A stretch of DNA of 64,000 nt from Mobula hypostoma (taxonomy: Eukaryota), in contig NC_086097.1 of the NCBI RefSeq assembly GCF_963921235.1, positions 227,170,001-227,234,000 on the forward strand, in the 5' to 3' direction. Both the position numbers and the translations under genes were made by a program. Positions 40,896-52,205 of the stretch are shown here, in pieces (within the stretch, counting starts at the first letter, position 1; the number at the start of each line of letters is the position of its first letter). Below the pieces are notes generated by a model. It did no database searches. It was not told where the DNA came from and worked only from the letters and a program-made list of their open reading frames with translations.

Positions 40896-42585
40896 TCTAT
40901 GTGGTCGTCTTTTGCGTTCTGTACTTGCTTCTCTTTTACGCCCTTGTTTAGTCACAGGAGATGGTGATTCTTTTGATCTTGTAACTGATACTGGTGCTGG
41001 AGATTTTCCCGACTTTGAATCAGTTGTTGGTTTCTCTTTTGTGGTAGTCAGTGAACACATTTCTTGCTCAGTTACAGACAAATGCTCAGGACTGCTTACT
41101 TTTTTAGCTGCACGAGTGGTTGGTTTATTCTGGCTACTTACGTCACTGGTCAGGTTTCTTGCTTTATCTTCAACCTTTGTGGTCTTTTCTTGCGATGGTG
41201 TTGGACTTTCTTCCTCTTGTGCTTGAACTGCTATGGCTTCAACAGGTTCATCTACTGCAGCAGATCTCTCTTCTGAATGAAGGTATCTCCTTTTAGGAGG
41301 ATTTTCTACTGGAGTGTATGGGCGCTTGGGCTTTCTTTCGTTTTTGGTGGAACTTTGCTCTCTAGCACCTGTGACAGATTCTCCAGTTTGATCTTCATCT
41401 TTCAATTCACCTATGGCACTTGTGTTTATTTCTGACACAATATCCTGCTGATCTGACAACTCTCGCAACTCCACTTTTGGTGGCTCGCATTTGATGTCCA
41501 TTTCTTCAGCTTGGTTTTTAGCACACAATTCCTGGGCAACATTTTCTGAACTGTGAGCCTCTTGATTTCCAGGACCTTCCACAGGAGGTATACTGGAGTC
41601 TGAAACACTAGAAGGTGCCTCGTAGCTAAAATTTTCATCTGGTGTTGGAGTAGCTGGTGAAGAAGGATCATAATGAACAAACTGTGCTTTAGCAGCAATT
41701 GGATGAAAAAGACTAGAATCTTTTGTAGTTGGATCGTCAGGAGAAGCTGCCACATACAGGATATGTAAGGATCTATGTTGTTCCAAGTTTGGATGAATAT
41801 TTATCTCATTTGATTTTGCTAACTGTTCATGAGCTGGCTTTTCAGTTTGTTCTTTAACCAAAAGAGATATTTTACATCTGCCAGTCTCATTTTGTTCAGT
41901 TTCAAGCTCTTTTTCTCCCAAATTTAAATTCTCCCTAGGCTCAGCTTTGCCTCTTTTACTTTCAAAGGCTTCTGTTCTCTTCTCTAATTTGTCTTCAGAT
42001 TTTATCAAATTTTCAATTTGCACCATGTTTCCTGGAGAAGCATGTGCAATTTCCTTAGTATCCAGTCTGCTTTCTTTTAAATGCAACTGGGAATTTTCTA
42101 TATCAGTTCCTTCATTATTAGACTGATCATTTTCAAATTTTTCTCTTGACTTTGAGAATGTATTTTCAGATTTTTCTTCTGTACTGTTTGTTTCATTTTC
42201 TCCTAAATGCCATTCCTTTAACTCGAAATGTAGAATATCTTTTTTCCCTTCTACAATTTCTTCATTTTTAATATCTGTATGCAGGTCAGCTTTAGATCCT
42301 GACTGATCATACTCCACTTATGACTCTCTTGCATTTCATTACTTTTGGTTATTTCCACCTCCCTAACATACTCTGCCACATTTTTCAGCTTATTACTTTG
42401 TTCGTTTTCATGATCTGTTTTAGGCTTGGATAAAGCAGCTGACAAATTAATCTCGTTTTCTTCTAATTTTTCATTACAAAGCTGGCACTTTATCCTTAGA
42501 ACATGACTGAATTGTTTCAAAATTACCCTTTTCAGATCTTTTCTCACCACCTTGTGCTTTATCTTTGGACTTTGCTTGCATGCTT
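40896..42585 (-). pseudogene. BOD1L1: Captured intronless host coding fragment resembling the BOD1L1 C-terminal region (retrocopy inside the LTR element)
   Basis: Acidic, disordered E/K/S-rich ORF 40833-42317. Its end [59 protein letters not shown] is colinear with the vertebrate BOD1L1 tail as I recall it (RKPKRSLT..KPSARATSKLGSP..KEKLPTSEK..SP..RSKTQLSPSIKRKREVS). AT-richer than the flanking element. Not database-verified. Confidence 0.7.
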
Positions 42586-44211
42586 TCTGGACAGGACAGG
42601 CTATACAGCCGACTTATGGGTAATGAGGCTCCAGGGAGAAGGTCAGTCGTACAGTTGTAAGGGCGATGTGGAGGCAGAGAAAGGGCCTGTTGCTTACTAA
42701 ACACCTCTCCAAGATCATGATATTCTCTGGGAACGGTGGACAAGTCAGGGGGCTGAGAGGCAGACGAGGTCGCGGTGACCTCCACTGGGGAAAGGGCTGA
42801 TTGCAGGCAAGAGGAATGGCAGAATGAGCTCCAGCTGACTATCTTCCTGGTGGACCAGTCGATGTGGGGGTTATGATGGCTTAGCCAAGGGTGGCCGAGA
42901 ATTAAAGGGGCCTGAGGAGAGGAGATTAGATTGAACCATATCTGTTCCCGATGGTTTCTGGAGAGAAGGAGAAGCAGGCGTTCCGTGCAGTGCGTGACAC
43001 GGCCCAGGAGTCTACCGTCTAGTGTATTGGCGTCCAGGGCGGTACACAGAGGCTCACGAGAAATACCGGCTTGCAGGGCAAGGTTTTCGTCCAGGATGTT
43101 TCTCTCTGCGCCGGAGTCCACTAGCGCTAGCAGAGGCAAGGACTGTTGATTATGACACAGAGTGGCTTGAAGCTGCATCCGGGGTCGGGGGACGAAAGGG
43201 AAGGTTGTCTGCTCACCAGGGTCCCCACTGCTACTGGTGAGCACCCCCAGTCTCTGCTGAAGGGGTTAGGTGGCAAGGAAGTGGCCAGACTGACTGCAAT
43301 ATAGACACTCGCCTACTCTCACTCTCCGGAGACTTTCAGCGGGAGAAAGGTGGGCCCGCCCCAGCTGTATGCGTTCCTCTCCCGGGGTGGTGCAGACGGC
43401 AGGGCTGGGAGCTACTTGGGGTGCAGGAGGGGGAGAGAGGCTTGTTCTGGCTGGAGGCGGTAAAGAGAGCTGAGAAGTGGCCAAAGGTGGTGGACAACCA
43501 GTTATCTCTCTACAGTGCTCCCGGAGGCGATTGTCCAACCTGGTGGCCAGGGAGATCAGGTAATCCAGGCTGTCAGAATAGTCTCTCGCCGCCAACTTGT
43601 CCTTCACGAGGTCGCTAGTCCACTCAGAAATACCCCCTGGAGTGACTCATCATTCCACCCTGAGTCGGCTGCTGATGTTCGGAACTCCACTGAATATTCA
43701 GCAACACTGCGGGAGCTCTGGCAGAGAGTGAGTAGGCACTTAGCGGCGTCCTTACCCCGGACTGGGTGATCGAAGATCCTTCTCTTCTCCACAATGAAAC
43801 TGGCAAAAGAGGAGCAGATATCAGGTTGGTTGTCCCAAACTGCTGTGGCCCACGCTAATACGTCCCACCTTAGCGACCCCATGACATAAGAAGCTTTAGA
43901 CTTATCTGTGGAGTAGGTCGACGGCTGCGGCTCAAACACCAGGGAGCATTGAAGGAGGAAACCCCGGCACTTCCCCAGGTCTCCAGCGTAGTGCTCCGGC
44001 TGTGGTACGTGAGGCTGTCTGGGTGAGGTTCAGGTGTGGGTTGAGTGATATGAGTGGAGACATGGTCCACCTGATTACTGATCTGTGCGACGTGAGCAGA
44101 CAGGGAACGGAGGTTCTCCATGACCTCCCGGAGGAGTTGGTTGAGCAGACCCATAAGGGAACCCTGGCTGGCGAGGGCTTGTAGGTTGGTGCTTGTGTCC
44201 ACTGGGTCCAT
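42586..44211 (-). pseudogene. Retrotransposon gag, aspartic protease and start of RT (several stops and frameshifts)
   Basis: MDPVD start; RRIFDHPVRGKDAA..SVAEYSVEFRT; CLYCSQSGHFLAT; ALVDSGAERN; ILGHPWLSHHNPHIDW; LPPHRPYNCTTDLLPGA..SRLYSLS. Confidence 0.92.
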
Positions 44212-44227
44212 GTTGGCCAGATCTTTC

Positions 44228-44770
44228 TGTTGCAAAGAATGGGTGAACCCAGACGCAGGACACTGACACAGAGGTAGAGTACTCTGAAGAGGGTTTATTA
44301 AGGGTTGTAGGGAAGGCCGGGTAGTGAGAATTAGGCAGAGGAAAGCCAAAGAGTAAGGCTTGACTGGGGATTGAACCAGGGTCGCTGCGGTGACAGAGCG
44401 GTGTTCAACCACTTAGTCCGCGGAGAGTGTAGGTGGGCGGCGGGACGAGGCAGAGCAGGAATGCAGACTAGGGTGTGAGCGTGGCCGGAGGAGAACGGCA
44501 GGCAGGAGGATGAACGGGAAGACAGGCGGCATGCAATGCTCCTGTTGACATGGAGAGACAGAGTTAACACAGGCAAACAACAGCGCGGAAACAAAACTTA
44601 GAATACACAATTCTAAGTGGCCTAGAACGTGAACTGCCACACTGGCTGAAGCAACGATCTGGCGATGAGTGGATGGAAAGCCGGGGTATTTATGTTGCAG
44701 GTCAGATGAGATTCAGGTGCGCTGCAATTAGGAAGCCTGGGAGAACAAAAGGAACGCCATGCCCACCTCG

Positions 44771-44827
<57 letters not shown>

Positions 44828-44903
44828 GAGCAGGAGCAACACAGGGAAAAGGGAATTAGGAGAACATGAGGAATAAACGGGAGGAACAACCGGGACCGTG
44901 ACA
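44228..44903 (-). repeat. 5' LTR with TATA-like CATAAATA (44687-44694) and a (TG)n tract
   Basis: Direct repeat of 39896-40560; followed on the minus strand by the PBS and the gag ATG at 44211. Confidence 0.95.
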
Positions 44904-44949
44904 GTTCCAGTACTTTCCTCACATCCCTTTTTCCCCGAACCCTAAAAAT

Positions 44950-46435
44950 AAAGTCGGTTATCAAAAGGATGTTGCCTTCCTTTGACTGCTTTATTTGGTA
45001 TTGTTGGAGGAAAGGATATTATTTTGGAGCCGTCTGATTTGCACATTTTGGCTTTTATGTCTTATGGCCAGAAGGATGCTTTTGCTTAAAAGGAAAGCTG
45101 TGGCTCCTCCTATTCATGGCCAACGGTTATGTGATGTGATGTCATGTTTAAATTTAGAGAAGATTCAACATTCAACCTTTGAATCTAATCAAGACTTTCA
45201 AACATTGTGGGGTCCTTTTCTGAATTATTTTCAAAACCTTTGATTTGCTGTTAAAGCACAGATGTTGACTAATAACCTTTTTTTCTTTTTTTTCTATTAA
45301 TCAGCTTCGGTCTTGGTAGTGGGTTAGATTTTTTTTACATAATGAAATTATTATTTTTCAAAGTTACGAACTAATTGACTTGTACAAATATAGGGTAAGG
45401 AGTCTTTATATGTGATTTAGTTTAATGTATTGACATATATATTTTTTTTTCCTGTACTCTGTATTCTTATATAAACTCCTGTGTGCATGCGCCAGTCGTG
45501 CATGCAGCCTGTTAATTTACGTTATTTGTTGTTTTTTTTATCACGGTAACATGTTGAAGCTGCACCCTCTCTAACATGCTGGTGGAGGGAGTTTTATCTG
45601 GGTTTTGAGCGCTGGAAATAGTTACATTCGGACATGTCTCATTAGCGGGGCAGCAGTATGGTCGCATTGTTTATTCCAGGGACCAGCTGATTGTGCTTCT
45701 ACCGGCCGGTTTAGCGAGCAGAGCAGCAGACACCCCTGCTGAAATCTGGAGGAAAACACACAGAGGATGCAGAGGGGGATCACAAAGTTGAGGAAAGAGG
45801 ACCGGGTCGAGTCAACAGAGACTTATGGAGAAGAGGAGTTCGGTGGGTAATAAAATGGACAAGTTGACGGCGCTAGCCAGGAGTCAGAGAACATTTCGGG
45901 AGTGTAGTCTTGTGTTTTACTGAAACGGGGCTGCACGAGGGCATACCCGACCAAAACTTTTCTATGTAGGGCTTCCAGACCGTTCCGGCTGACTGGAAAT
46001 GCACTGAGAGCGGTAAGTGCATAGGAGTTGGGGACTTGCTGTTCTGGTTAACAACGGATGATGCAATCCTGGTTATATTACAATCGAGAAACGTGTTTGT
46101 AGACCGGATATTGAACTTTTTGCTGTTGGACTCCGGCCATATTCCACCGAGATACAACACTGGGCGTCATGGGAGGTTGTTCCTGCCTTTGGCCATCGAA
46201 CTTTGCAGCTCCTCCCGTGGAGGGTCAGACACCCTGAGCCAATAGGCTGGCCCTGGACTTATTTCCATCTGGCATAGTTTGCATATTGTTGTTTGATTGT
46301 TTGCGGTTTTTGTATTGCTATATTTATGCTCTATTCTTGGTTGGTGCAGCTGTAACGAAACCCAATTTGCCTTGGGATCAATAAAGTATATCCATCTATC
46401 TATCTATAAATTAATAAAAATATTGGAAAAAGAAA
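44950..46435 (+). mobile_element. L1-clade LINE 3' end, interrupted by an internally deleted Rex1/Babar copy (~45475-46407)
   Basis: ARRMLLLK.K..PP.H..L.DVMSCLNLEKI..WGPFLNYF (fish L1 ORF2 C-terminus). The Rex insert has an endonuclease start (GNKMDKLTAL..FTETGLH), the same 3' UTR as 16810-17050 and a (CTAT)n tail. Confidence 0.75.
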
Positions 46436-46880
46436 AGGATGTTGCCTGGATCGGAGAGCATGCCTTATGAGAATAGGTTGAGTGATCTTGGCCTTTTCTC
46501 CTTACAGTGACAGAGGATGAGAGGTGACCCGATAGAGATATATAAGATGATGAGAGAAATTGTGGATAGCCAGAGGCTTTCTCCCAGGGCTGAAATGGTT
46601 AACACGAGGGGGCATAGTTTTAAGGTGCTTGTAAGTAGGTACAAGGGGGATGTCAGAAGTAAGTTTTTCACATAGAGTGGTGGGTGTGTGGCATGCTCTG
46701 CCAGCGACAGTGGTAGAGGCAGATAAAATAGGGTCTTTTAAGAAGCTCTTAGATAGCTACATGGAGCTTAGAAAAATAGAGGACTATGCAGTAGGGAAAT
46801 TCTAGGCAGTTTCTAGAATAGGTTACATAGTCAGCACAACACTGTGGGCTGAAGGGCCTGTAATGTTCTATAGACTTCTG

Positions 46881-47473
46881 CGAGGGGTGATTGATAAGTT
46901 TGTGGCCTAAGGCAGAGGGAGTCAATTTTAGAAAACCTAGCACATTTATTTTTCCTATGTTTATACACTTAGTCCAGCGGTTGTGGAGCATTTGGATCCC
47001 TTCTTTGTAGAAGTCAGCGTCTTGGACCTCCAGAAGTAGTCCACAGTAGGGGGTGATTGATATGTTCATGACCTATAAGGTAGAAGGAGATGAGTTATTA
47101 ACTTCAAACTTTCTGCATAATCACTCAAAAGAGTTGAACTGCACGTGCATGGAATGAGAGCTGTATAACACACCTCCTTCTACCATAGGCCACAAACTTA
47201 TCAATCACCCCTGCTGTGGACCACTTGGAGGTCCAAGACGCTCTCGTTCAACACTTTGAGTGATAATGCAGAAAGTTTAAAGTTAATAACTCATCTCCTT
47301 CTACTTTAGGCCACAAACTTATCAATACCCCTGCTGTGGACCACTTCTACAAAGAAGGATCCATATGGACTGCTGGACTAAGTGTGTACATATAGGAGGG
47401 GACTATTTTGAAAAATAATTGTGCTAGGTTTTCTCCTTCTACCTTAGGCCACGAACTTATCAATCACTCGTCG
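46881..47473. mobile_element. Mariner-derived foldback MITE with multiple internal TIR copies
   Basis: TIR-like GGGGTGATTGATAAGTTTGTGGCCTAAGG occurs twice in sense and three times inverted; both arms carry the mariner transposase tail FYKEGI..L..RWTKC..IG. Confidence 0.75.
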
Positions 47474-47523
47474 TGTAGTCATAGTCATACTTTATTGATC
47501 CCTTTATTGATTCTATGTTTTAT

Positions 47524-48500
47524 AAATGACAACCCTGGTGGAGTTTGCTCAAATGGGAGAGACTGCATATACAACAACTGTTGCCTGGGTGCTTCAGCAA
47601 TCACAGCTTTATGGGAGAGTGGCAAAGAGAAAGCCATAGTTGAAAAAAAACTCACGAATCTCAGCTAGAGTTTGTCAGAAGGCATGTAGGAGACTCTGAA
47701 GACAGCTGGAAGAAGGTGCTATGGTCTGATGAAACCAAAATTGAGCTTTTTGGCCGTCAGACTAAATACTATGTTTGGCATAAGCCAAAAACTGCACATC
47801 ATCAAAAACGCACCATCACTACAGTGAAGTATGGTGGAGGCTGCAACATGCTGTGGAGACGCTTCGCTGCAACAGGCCCTGAAAGGCTTGTAAAGCTAGA
47901 GGGTAAAATGAATGTAGCAAAATACAGGGAAATTCTGGAGGAAAACCTGATGCAGTTTACAAAAGAACTCCGAGTTGAGAGAAGAGTTGTTTTCCCGCAA
48001 CACAATGACCCCAGGCATAAAGCCAAAGCTACACAGGAATGGCTTCAAAACAACAAAGTTGATGTCCTGAAATGGCCAAGTCAGAGTCCAGACCTCAATC
48101 CTACTGAGAATTTGTGGCTGGACTTGAAAAGTGCTGGTTGCATCCATCCCCATGCTCTGAGAGAGCTTGAGCAGTTTTGTAAAGAATGGGGAAAAATTGC
48201 AGTGTCTAATTGTGCAAAGCTGATAGAGACCTATCCACACAGACTCAAGGCTGTAATTGCTGCCAAAGGTGCATTGACTAAATACTGACTTGAAGGGGGA
48301 GAGGAATCAATTATTTTGTGTTTAATAATTGTAATAAATTTAGACCAATTTGTAGAAACTTATTTTCACTTTGATATGAAAGAGTCTTTTCTGTTAATTA
48401 GTTGTCAAAAGAGCCACATTAAATCCACTGTGATTCAATGTTGTAAAACAATAAAACATGAAAACTTCCAAGAGGTGATGAGTACTTTTTATAGGCACTG
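47524..48500 (+). mobile_element. Tc1-like transposon, left end missing
   Basis: WSDETKIELFG..KYGGG..WPSQSPDLNPTENLW (DD34E family, second Asp motif mutated); right end ..ATAGGCACTG followed by TA. Confidence 0.92.
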
Positions 48501-48749
48501 TACTTGACTTGTTTGGTGAATTAACATTAAAAGTTTTCATAAAATATTGTACATTTGATAGTCTTCTAATAAAGCTTATTCATTAATAAGTTGGAGATAC
48601 TCAAACTATAATTATGGAATATATTCCATAATTATATCACGATACAGGCCCTTCAGCCGATGATGTGCTGACATTGTAACCCACTTCAGATCAATCTAAC
48701 TCTCCCAGTCACATACCCCTCCATTTCCTTCATCCATATGCCTAGTTAA

Positions 48750-49688
48750 GGCTATGTCCACACTAGACCGGATAAATCCGTAACCAAAGCTTTTTCTCTT
48801 TGTTTTGACCCTCCGTCCACATTGAAATAGCATTTTCCTCCTCCGAAAACGGAGATTTTCAGAAACGCTCTCCAGAGTGAATAAATCTGAAAACGCCTAA
48901 TATCCGGCGTAGTGTGTACAGGGTAACCAACTATTTTTAAAACCGCTGTCATGATGTGCCGAAACAAATGGTCGCGGCAGCACGACATTTCATTGTTTTC
49001 TTGAACGCAACCTCCAGCACCACAACAATATCTGACAATAGACGTGTAACAGCCTATTGTAACATTGTATGGAAATACAAGATAACACTGATGCAGTCAT
49101 GTTTTGTACATGTAACAAGGTGCTTTATTAATGTATTGCTTGCGCAAACATTCAACAGATGTAATTGTCACTTTTGCCCAGTAACTCGTTTTATTGCACA
49201 TGTTAAATACAGCAAAATAACACACAAAGACATGGCAAAAGTAAAGGCAAACAAATGAGGTAACAGCAAATTTCACTTTTGCCCAGTAACAAGCCTTTTT
49301 ACATTTAGTTGTAGCTGTCATCCCTTTCATCGGTGAAGGGACCATGGCTGTAGGAAATGTTTCTGGGCAAACGTGTACCAAGTCTTTCGTTTGGCAATTT
49401 CCTTTTAAGTTTTTCTAGTCTGTAACCGAACAAACGCATACCAAGTCTTTTGTTTGGAAATTTCCTTTTAAGTTTTTCTAGTCTGTAACTAGACAAACGC
49501 GCACCAAGTATACCATTCCCTATTTGCTTGTTTTCTGTGTGTCCTGTGCAGCCCAGCAGGAGGAGATTCGCCCAAATATCCGTTTTAATGTGGACAGGGG
49601 TATCTTTAAAAATGCCTAGTGTGGACGCCTGTCGTTTTTACGCGAAACTGGCGTTTTCAAAATTATCCGGTCTAGTGTGGACGTAGCC
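48750..49688. mobile_element. PIF/Harbinger non-autonomous element
   Basis: TIR GGCTA(T/C)GTCCACACTAGACCGGATAA (one mismatch in 26 bp); TAA TSD (48747-48749, 49689-49691); internal ~2.2 x 63-bp repeat at ~49370-49507. Confidence 0.92.
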
Positions 49689-50978
49689 TAAGAGTCTCTG
49701 GGGAAAAGGTTGCTGACTGTTCTCTCTATTTATGCCTCCTTTCATCTTATACACCTCTATCAAATCGGCTGTTATCGTCCTTCGCTCCAAAGCTAAAATC
49801 CCCAGCTCACTAACTTTTCCTCATAAAACATGCAGCATCCTGATAAATCTCCTCTGCACACTCTCTCTAAAGCTTCCATATCCTTACTGTAACGAAGGAA
49901 GCAGAACTGAACACAATACTCCAATTGTATAATTTTACAGAACTACAACATTACCTCGTGATTGAACTCAGTTCCCCAACTATGAAGCCTAGCACACCAT
50001 ATGTCTTCTTAATCAGCCTATCAACTTACATGGTGTCTTTGAGGAATCTATGGATTTGAACCCCAGGATCCTTCTGTCCCTCTACACTGCTAAGATTCCT
50101 GCCGTTATCCTTGTACTCTGTTTTCAAGTTTGACCTTTCAAAATGTATCACTTCACACTCCTCCAGATTTAACTTAATTTGCCACATCTCTGACCAGCTC
50201 TGCATCCTAACAATGTCCTATTATAGCCCACAAGAATCTTCTGCACTATCCACAACATTACCAGCTTTCATGTCATTTGCAAATTGGATATCTTCTTCAT
50301 CCAAAATATTCATAAAAAGCACAATGAGCAAGAAGCCCTGAACAGATCCCTGTAGAACACCACTCGTCACTGACCTCCATCTACTACCATCCTCTGCCTT
50401 TTGTGGATAAGTCAATTCTGAATCCACATAAGCCATGTTTCCCTGGATCCCGTACCTCCTGACTTTTTGCATGAGCCTACCATGAGAAACCTTGTCCAAC
50501 ACCTTACTAAAATCCATGAACACCACATCCACTGCTCTACCTTCATCAATCTGTTTTTCACTTTCTCGAAGAAGTCAATCAGACCCGAAAGGCATGTCTT
50601 ACCCCTCACAAGGCCGTACTGACTATCTCTAATCAAACTATGTTTTTCCAAACACTTATAAATCCTGCCTCTAAAATTTCTGTCCAATAGTTTGCCCATG
50701 GCTGATAAATAGTCTATAGACTATTTATAGACAGTGGTCTATAATTCCTCGGGCTATTCCTATTTCCTTTCTTGAACAAAGTAATAACATTTGCCACTTT
50801 CCAATCTTCTGGTGCTATTCCTGTGTCCAATGAGGACACTAAGATCATTACCAAAGGTTCAACAATCTCTTTCTTAACTTCAGGTAGTAACCTGAGTTAA
50901 ATCTCATTTCATCCCAGGGATTCATCTATCCTAATGTTTTTTTTAAAGTTCCAATACATCCTCCTTCTTAACCTCACA

Positions 50979-51440
50979 CTTATCATTAGTGAATACTGAA
51001 ATAACATATTCATTAAGGGTTTGCCCTACCTTATGGCTAGTGAATACTGAAATAACATATTCATTAAGGGTTTGCCCTACTTTATCACTAGTGAATACTG
51101 AAATAACATATTCATTAAGGGTTTGCTCTACCTTATCACTAGTGAATACTGAAATAACATATTCATTAAGGGTTTGCCCTGCCTTATCACTAGTGAATAC
51201 TGAAATAACATATTCATTAAGGGTTTGCCCTACCTTATCACTAGTGAATATTGAAATAACATATTCATTAAGGGTCTGCCCTGCCTTATCACTAGTGAAT
51301 ACTGAAATAACATATTCATTAAGGGTCTCCCCTACCTTATCACTAGTGAATACTGAAATAACATATTCATTAAGTGTTTGCCCTGCCTTATCACTAGTGA
51401 ATACTGAAATAACATATTCATTAAGGGTTTGCCCTACCTT
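50979..51440. repeat. Minisatellite, 9 x 51 bp, derived from CR1 ORF2
   Basis: Unit TAGTGAATACTGAAATAACATATTCATTAAGGGTTTGCCCTACCTTATCAC; near-identical copies with no spacers. Confidence 0.95.
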
Positions 51441-52124
51441 CTGAGTCCAGGCACATATTTTCTCTTTTACTCCTGATCAGTCCTGACCTCACTCTAGTTA
51501 TCATCATACTCTTCACATATGTGTAGAATGCCTTGAGATTTTCCTTAATCCTACTCATTTTCTCATATTCCCTTCTAGCTCTCCTAAGTCCCTTCTTATG
51601 CTTCTCCTGGCTACCTTTTACTTCTTAAGAACCCTGTCTGATCCTTTCTTCCTTTTGAGTAATATGGCCTCTCCTCTAGTTAGTGTGTCCACAGATTGTG
51701 TCAGGAATCCTTCCTCACCACCCCTAACAATTTTTGCCTCATCTAAACCTTTCACACCAAGGAGATATCCACATAATTATATCTGATTTACTACCTAACC
51801 ATAAATAGTTTAACTTCCATTTTGTTAATATTATTGCTATCCTTACATCTCACACTATTATATGTATGAGATCATTTATTTTGATGCAAATTTATTTTGT
51901 TTTTACAGATGGTGAACACATTTTTGATTCATAGTAAAGCAAAGAAAGGAACTATACCTGTCTTGAATGTCAATGATGTATTTTCAGGCATCTAGAAAGA
52001 TAAAAAGCAATATAAAGAGTATAATCCCTCAGCTGTAAAATTTTATTGTAGAAGATAACGTACTGTATGGTTCCATTTTATCTTTAAGGATATTTCTCAA
52101 AAACAAGGGAAAATAGGTCTAGAA

Positions 52125-52205
52125 CAGGGGTTTCCAAACTTTTTATATGCCATGGGCCAATACCATTAAGCAAGGGGTCTGTGGACCCTAGGTTGGGAAC
52201 CTCTG
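52125..52205. mobile_element. hAT (Charlie-like) MITE, 81 bp
   Basis: 8-bp TSD GTCTAGAA (52117-52124, 52206-52213); ends CAGGGGTTTCCAAAC / GGTTGGGAACCTCTG. Confidence 0.9.

Larger units (their letters stand above)
39896..44903 (-). mobile_element. Tf1/sushi-type chromoviral Gypsy LTR retrotransposon carrying a captured host coding fragment
   Basis: LTRs 44228-44903 and 39896-40560 (TG..CA); TSD GTTCT/GTTCC (4 of 5 match); PBS 44216-44227; PPT ~40561-40573; gag, protease, start of RT, end of integrase plus chromodomain. Confidence 0.95.
48640..51660 (-). mobile_element. CR1 LINE ORF2, decayed; hosts a Harbinger MITE and a 51-bp tandem array
   Basis: LIRDSQYGLVRGKTCLSGLIDFFE, DVVFMDFSK, SGVLQGSV, QFANDMK; CR1 3' UTR. 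Confidence 0.85.

Noticed and set aside
40833..42317. 494-aa ORF as an in-place exon of a nested antisense gene
   Set aside because: Both ends abut retrotransposon pol sequence with no splice sites, between paired LTRs; capture explains it better.
47716..48288. Active or domesticated Tc1 transposase
   Set aside because: The N-terminus and left TIR are missing, the upstream part has a stop and frameshift, and the second catalytic Asp motif is altered (QHND).
50979..51440. Regular repeat array as CRISPR, or the 151-aa repeat ORF as a gene
   Set aside because: Units are contiguous with no unique spacers, there are no cas genes, the context is vertebrate, and the unit derives from CR1 ORF2.
51909..51995. 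Possible additional host exon after a TTTTTACAG acceptor
   Set aside because: The frame runs into TAG with no convincing donor and lacks heptad character.
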